A stretch of 64,000 nucleotides of DNA from the human T2T-CHM13v2.0 reference genome, Homo sapiens. The position numbers and the translations under genes were made by a program. The stretch lies in the NCBI RefSeq assembly GCF_009914755.1, contig NC_060926.1, one strand, 5' to 3'. The notes under the pieces were generated by a model. It was not told where the DNA came from. It searched no databases and saw only the letters and a program-made list of their open reading frames with translations. Shown here piece after piece: positions 56,892 through 64,000 of this stretch; the first letter of the stretch is position 1, and every line of letters starts with the position of its first letter.

Positions 56892-59379
56892 GTACGATCA
56901 TTCTCAGAAACAGTTCTAGTAGAGCCAAAGTGTCGTCCATATGTGACTTTGCCTGCCTTCTGAGTTCTCTACCCAAGATTTCTCTTGGTGCAACAGCTTC
57001 AAATATTAACCCAGAGAGGGTATAGGAATGAATCTGTTTTGCAGGGCTACAAGCCTGTTTGATCCTAAGAGAATACGGGGACTTCTGATGCTTTAAACAA
57101 GCAGAGGGAAAAATCTGATGCAGATAAAGTGCTGTGTGCCATAGCTCATTATTCTGAGCAGCATTCAGGCTGCCAGTCCATTATACTTGATTCTGTTTTT
57201 GCCATCAACAGCACTCTGGAGATGGCTTATTTGTAAAAGGAGCAGGATCTAGGATATGCATTAATTTGCAAAAGATGCCACCACACACATTCTGCAGCTA
57301 ATACTGTGTTCATGAACTTTACCTGTGACTAAATACATTTCATATCTTACAGCTGAGCTTCAGTAATTGGTTTTTGCAGCCTCGAACACATCCAACAAGG
57401 AAAATATGAGAAGCCCAGATCTCTCCCTGCTTTTTTGAAATGGCTTATTGCTGCAGATGGGAAAAGCTATCTCAGCTCTGAGTTGGCAGTTCCCGAAGGT
57501 CAGATCTTAGAGAGCTGACACCTGGGAACTCAAAGGCAAGGAGCAGGTGGTTTTGGAAGAGTGAGTGACCCTGAGGGTAGACAGCTGGGGAGGAGAGAAA
57601 CAAATGACAATAGAAGGGAAGTAGTGGTCAGTGAGAGGGATGACTGGAGTCCCTGCAGACATTAGCCTCACATGAGCAGTTCACAGCAGCTCAGTGTAGT
57701 TTGTTTTCCCAGGTCTAATGCAGTCATAGCGGAGCTTAATAAGCCACCAAATCATATAGCACAACCCATTCCAGACCCAACTACCATTGCAGGTTGGAGA
57801 ATCATGATCATATCATGTGAGATTTGGCTGTGAAAGGAAAATGTGGTCTCATCCAGTAGATTAATTTATTCAGAGGAAAAGAAGGCTAAATGTGCAGCAT
57901 GTACTTTGGCTTTGAAAGCACTGAATTATACACTTCAACAGTATGGTTCATTGGGTCCCACAATGCTAGGAGAATTAGACTAGTTGGTGTACCTCTGATA
58001 TCTACATGCAAACTTGAGACCAAAATAAGCACCAGGATTCTAAAAATGCATTAGAGGGATGGGCAGATTAATCATACTTTTCCCTTTGGGGCCGTTCTAG
58101 ACACAATACTGATGTAAGGAAATCTGTCTGTAATTCTCCCATCCCTTTCCTTTACCTTTCCCTCCTTTACTTGTCCAGACACTTAATGTCTGTGGCTTTT
58201 TCCCTTCCACCCGGGACTCCCCATTGTGGGCACATTGAAGTCCCCATCTTTTGCAAATCCTCTTTTCCCTGAAACTCACTTTTTAAATCATTCTATCTTA
58301 TACTAATAGATAAGTGCTGATGACAAATTAATTATTTTTTGACAACTCCTTGATTATAGTACAATGTCACATACAGAAACAGGGCCAGGAAGGGGGACAG
58401 AAGGGTTATTCCCAGGACATCTTTCATCTTGAATCGTGTCATAAAGTGTGTTAGCACCATTATCCACCTCTCATTCGCTTTTCATTCTTCTGTTTTTCCT
58501 TTGTCAACCATTGAACCTACTCTGTCACGCCCCCGTGCTCGGTGCAAAGGCCCAAAGATGGAAGAGGCCGAGTCCCTCTTTTAAGCTCACAATCTGGTGG
58601 AAGAATGAGTACATAAACAATCAATTGTAATGTAGTTTAGCAGATACTAAAATAAACTGTGGTCCAAGTGCTGTGAGAGCCCCAGGAAGGGGATTTTGCC
58701 TATTGGAAGAGAAAAAGGTGTCACAGAGTTGGTAAGGTTTAAGTAAGCATTTTTTAAATGCATAGAAAATTGTCTGGTGGCAAATGGCGTTAACATAGAT
58801 CCAGCAAATGTAACTCCCAATCTTTCTGGAAGAAAAATATATGGATGGCCTTTGAGCAACTGTGCCAAAGTCTTTCCTATCTATCAAGAAAGCCTGGGGA
58901 TTCTAGGTCTTTAGCTACCAGGCAGATCCCCAGTGGGGAGAGAGCGCAAGACTTTGCTGGCTTCCTCGAAGTGCACAGGTATGACAGCAAATGCTTCCAA
59001 GTGTCTGCCCTGGTGACAGATTCTTCTCTACGTGATGTGTAGTCAGAAGCCCAGTAGCAACCTGGAACCAGGCACTCTTTCCCCTGCTGTTCTGCAGGTT
59101 ATGAAAAAAAAGCTTCCGATTTGATTCCAAACCAATAGTCCAGAAATCCAGACTCATCACTTAAGACTTGTATTTAATTTCATTCTGTCTCCAGCACAGG
59201 AGGTCCTGATGGATTTGGGCATGTGGTGTAAATGCATAAAAAGAGAATCAGATTGATTTTGATCCAGTTCTGTTTGTTTGGGTGTCAGGTACTCTGAATA
59301 GGTATATGAAATCTATCCCTCCCTTTGCTCACACTCTTGGAAACCACTCTTCTCCAGAACTTTTGTCACTATATTTGAG

Positions 59380-59660
59380 ATGGTAGAATGCTATGGTTAA
59401 GACTTCATGCCTTTGGAGACAGGTGACCTGGTTCAAATGCCAACTTTTCCAGTTATTCGACATATGACCTTGGCAAGTGATTTAATGTCTCTGTGCCTAA
59501 GTTCCTTTATCTATAATAAGGGGATATCAGCACTTGTCTTAAATGGTTTTTATGAGATAGTACCAGTTGTAGATAGATTACATGGTGCAATGTACATAAA
59601 AAGACTTAAAGATGTACCCAGAACATTACACATTATCTAGACATGTTAGCTATTATTACC
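59380..59660 (+). mobile_element. MIR
   Basis: atggttaagac...cctggttcaaatgcc...tgaccttggcaagtgatttaatgtctctgtgcctaagttcctttatctataa...gttagctattatt. Confidence 0.85.
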
Positions 59661-60174
59661 CTTCCTATTGCCAGGCACATATTGTCCCCTTCTTACACTT
59701 CATTCCAACACTCAGGAAGGAAGGGCTATGGTAAGTGCCAAGGACCATCAAGGATATCCCTGGATATATATAGGGGCCACCCAGGGCAATGACCCCCTTG
59801 TTCCCTTCTTGGGACTGGAAGGCAGACCTTTTGGTGGGATTATAATGCAGACAGCCTGTAGGGGCAACTCTCTTTTCTCTGCTGCCTACTGAGTGGTGTA
59901 GTGTGGCCAATTGTGTCCTCTGTTCCACATGCCCTCAGCATTATGAGGTAATTGGGTCCTGGGAAAAGGAAGATGAAGCCTTCCTTTATGCTCATTGGAA
60001 AAGGCTTAAAGGGATCCTTGATGTTCCTGCATGGCCCAGGCCAACAGGCGGGAATCTGAAAATAAGCCACAAAAAGGAATGGTCTGTGTGCAGAGTTAGG
60101 GTACGCTCTGGGTTATGGCTCTCAGTAGCTATTGCTGTGTAGGTAATAGAAATTGGAACATTAATGTTTTTAAT

Positions 60175-60382
60175 TCACTCACTTCTCCCACCCAGCACCT
60201 AACCTAGACTCTCATTAATTCTCACAGAATCTAACAGTGGCCTTACAGCTGCCCAGCTCTCCCATTGCTGGCCTCTTTCCCTTCCAGTCCACTGCCCCCA
60301 TGGCTGCCAGATTGACCTTCCTGAAGAACTGCTCTGATGACTTCACTTTTCTGCCAGAAAACTTCCACTGGCCCCCAACTGG
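60175..60382 (+). mobile_element. L2 fragment
   Basis: cttccagtccactgccccatggctgccaga..gaccttcctgaa...aaacttccactggcccc. Confidence 0.55.
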
Positions 60383-60822
60383 TTCATGTACCTACTGGGG
60401 CCAGCAGGTATCACAAATGAAGGAAGTGGCTACACTAAGTGAAACAGGCACCCTTGGGATCTGAAAGCCAGGAAACGTGTAACTTCTATAAGGAAATGTG
60501 CTTCTTCCCATTTATCTTGAAAACGAAGACCTTCTGGATCTACAATTGGTTTCCTGCCTTTAGTCAAGGCTTGGTACAAGAAGTAACTCACTTTCCTCTT
60601 TACTATGTAACAACCAAACGATTGTATTAATTAGCATGTTGGTTTGATCGCTGAAACAGAAATCAAAGTACAATGGCTTTCATAAGGTAGTAGAAGGTTT
60701 ATTTACAATTTATATGAAGACCTATGCTGGTAGCTCGTCCTAGGGGTAGGGAGTGGGGCGGTTAGAGGGTTCTGCTCCATGCAACCAACTGGGGACCCTG
60801 GTCTTTTCTATCTTGTCCTCAG

Positions 60823-60980
60823 TAGTGGTTCTCAAAGTGTGATCCAGGGAGTACTCAGGGGTTTCTGAGACCCTTTCAAAGGCCTGTAAGGTCAAAATTA
60901 TTGTTATAAGAATACTGAGACATTTTGGTCCTTTTCATTTTTATTCTCCCATGAGTATGCAGTAGAGAATTCCAAAGGTT
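60823..60980. mobile_element. Charlie1-like hAT terminal fragment
   Basis: agtggttctcaaagtgtg...ctgagaccctttc...aggtcaaaattattgttataagaatactgagac. Confidence 0.6.
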
Positions 60981-61039
60981 CTTAAAAATAATGGGAAAAC
61001 TTGAATTAGTAAGTTTTATTTCAGTATATGTGTATGTAT

Positions 61040-61305
61040 CTCATTCATTTATTTAACCACCATCTATTAAGTACTTCTAGAAGTGCTGTTTACATTCATT
61101 CAACAGATATTGATGGCACATAATATTGGCAAAATCTAGCATGAGCTGCTTGAGGATACAGGGAAGAACAAGAGACATGGCCCCTGCCCTCAGGAAGCTA
61201 ACAATCTAGTGAAAAAGCCAGATACCAAACTGCTAGGAACACAATCAATTATCTCATTATAATCATGATTATGTTCAGAAGAGGGATAGAGCTATAAGAG
61301 CAAAA
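61040..61305 (-). mobile_element. L2 3' end
   Basis: cattcattcaacagatattg...gaacaagagacatggcccctgccctcaggaagctaacaatctagtg. Confidence 0.7.
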
Positions 61306-61714
61306 CACTGGGACCGGAAGAGATACTAAGATGATTGGGAGGTCTGATATTGGATGTGCCACTGCAGGAAGCTGCACAACACTGACATTAACGCTGTGAG
61401 ATTCTTTTAAAACCCTCATTCTGGGACATGATTGATGGCAGCCAGTCCTATTCAGTTGCTGAGACAGAAGACCTGGGCAGACGGAGTAAGGAGCTTTCAG
61501 TGTCTCTACACCTGGCATGTTATCTTATATAGCTAGGGTGGAACATGCATCCCAGTTTGCTTGGGACATGTTTTTGCTCCCTGTCTCAGTGAGTATTACT
61601 AAAATTTAGCCTCGTAACTGTTTTGACTTAATAAGTTATATGGTTATCCTACTTATTGCTTTTACCAGATTGTTAACTAGAAAGTGATTTGAGCCAAATT
61701 ATTATCGTTACATC

Positions 61715-62115
61715 TGTAGTGTGATGGGTCCCCCACCAAGTTACTTAAGGATGTATGTCCACTGCCTGAATTCTGAAGGCTGGGCAGTGAGCCAAGTCCA
61801 GGGTGCCCAACCGAGGAGCAGGTGTCTCTAAGAACCCAAACATCCCAGTGAGTATCTGAGAACCGATCAAGAAAAACAGTCTCATCACTCAAACACAGTA
61901 GGCAAAGAGCCAGGAAATTAATTTAAAAGCAGTTTGGAGTCGGGAGGTGGCGCAGATCTCCAGCGCTGTCCTGCCGCTATCCAGGAGTGCCATGTACATA
62001 AGTCCTGATAGACTCATCTACTCATCAAGCTGGACTTGTCTGAATCATTCTTTGGTCTCTTAGCTCCTTCCCAGTTTGCAGGGGGATGTTACAGTTCCAA
62101 GTTTTTCTTGTAGCA
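61715..62115 (+). mobile_element. ERV1 solo LTR, MER66-like
   Basis: TG...CA ends; gtgatgggtcccccacca.gttacttaagg..gtatgtcc...gaacccaaacatccc matches recalled MER66; no TSD seen. Confidence 0.6.
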
Positions 62116-62155
62116 TTGCTTTGAAACAAGGAAACTGCTGTTCAGTTTCAGAAGG

Positions 62156-62918
62156 TATTATGAGTTGAGTTGTGTCTCCCCACCAAAAAATATGTGGGAG
62201 TCCTAACTGTCAGTACCTCAGAATGTGAACTGAAACAGGGTTTTTATAGAGGTAATCAATGTAAAGATGAGGTCATTAGCTGGGCCTAATACAATAAGAC
62301 GGATGTTTTTATAAAAAGGGTAAATTTGGGCCGGGTGCGGTGGTTCATGCCTGTAATCCCAGCACTTTGGGAGGCCGAGGTAGGCAGATCACTTGAGGTC
62401 AGGAGTTTGAGACCAGCTTGGCCAGCATAGTGAAACCCTGTCTCTACTAAAAATACAAAAATTAGCTGGGCGTGGTGGTGGGTGCCTGTAATCCCAGCTA
62501 CTTGGGAGCCTGAGGCAGGACAATCACTTGAATTTGGGAGGCAAATGTTGCAGTAAGCCAAGATCTCACCACTGTACTTCAGCCGAGGCAACAGAGCAAG
62601 ACTTCGTTTCCAAAAAAAAAAAAAAGGGGGGGGGGTAGATTTGGACGTGGACACATAAACAAGGAGAAACCACATGAAAATATAGGCAAATATTGGGATG
62701 ATGTATCTATAAGCCAAGGAATGCCAAAGATTGCCAGCAAACCACAAGAAACCAGGACAGAGGCGTGGAACAAATTCTCCCTCAGTCCTTGGAAGGAATC
62801 AACTCTGCCAACACCTTGATCTTGGACTTTTAGCTTCCAGAACTGTAAGGAAATTAATTTATGTTGTATAAGCCACCCAGTTTGTGGTACTTTATGGCAG
62901 CCCTAGAAAACTAATACA
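62156..62918 (+). mobile_element. MLT1B/C MaLR solo LTR with an Alu insertion
   Basis: 5-bp TSD gaagg at 62151-55 and 62919-23; ends gcagccctagaaaactaataca. Confidence 0.88.
62329..62625 (+). mobile_element. AluS
   Basis: Full dimer; right TSD aaaaggg..ta(a/g)attt carries an expanded G run. Confidence 0.93.
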
Positions 62919-62992
62919 GAAGGTAAAGTGGCTTAAGAAAATTGCCCACTCAACTAATGAAAATGACTATGTGGCAGAAATGCATTGGTGGA

Positions 62993-64000
<1,008 letters not shown>

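Overview
Primate (human-like) nuclear DNA, AT-rich and dominated by interspersed repeats. I can support no intact host protein-coding exon. The ORF-track entries I could trace are Alu, L1, Hsmar2 or microsatellite read-throughs, and the rest are short with no recognisable product. The first ~1.7 kb looks like the distal 3' UTR of an unidentified + strand gene. The rest is intergenic or intronic: ~25 Alu-family SINEs, one full-length but dead L1PB (12996-19886, minus strand, 22-bp TSD), old L1M/L2/MIR fossils, MaLR/ERV solo LTRs, and DNA-transposon fossils (Hsmar2, MADE1, Tigger4, MER5, MER58, Charlie1). I found no support for a new biological system. The most interesting features visible in the sequence are repair or replication scars and candidate regulatory elements: (i) a 380-bp inverted copy of the L1's own ORF2 inserted into its (TA)n tract, near an ORF2 deletion; (ii) a MADE1 with a third TIR apparently copied from its left end; (iii) a Hsmar2 whose right end is replaced by a half-Alu; (iv) two CTCF-like/CpG-retaining unique regions at ~33.8 kb and ~56.5-57.3 kb; (v) a few candidate + strand exons. 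Repeat subfamily names come from recalled consensus sequences, and boundaries are approximate unless a TSD is given.
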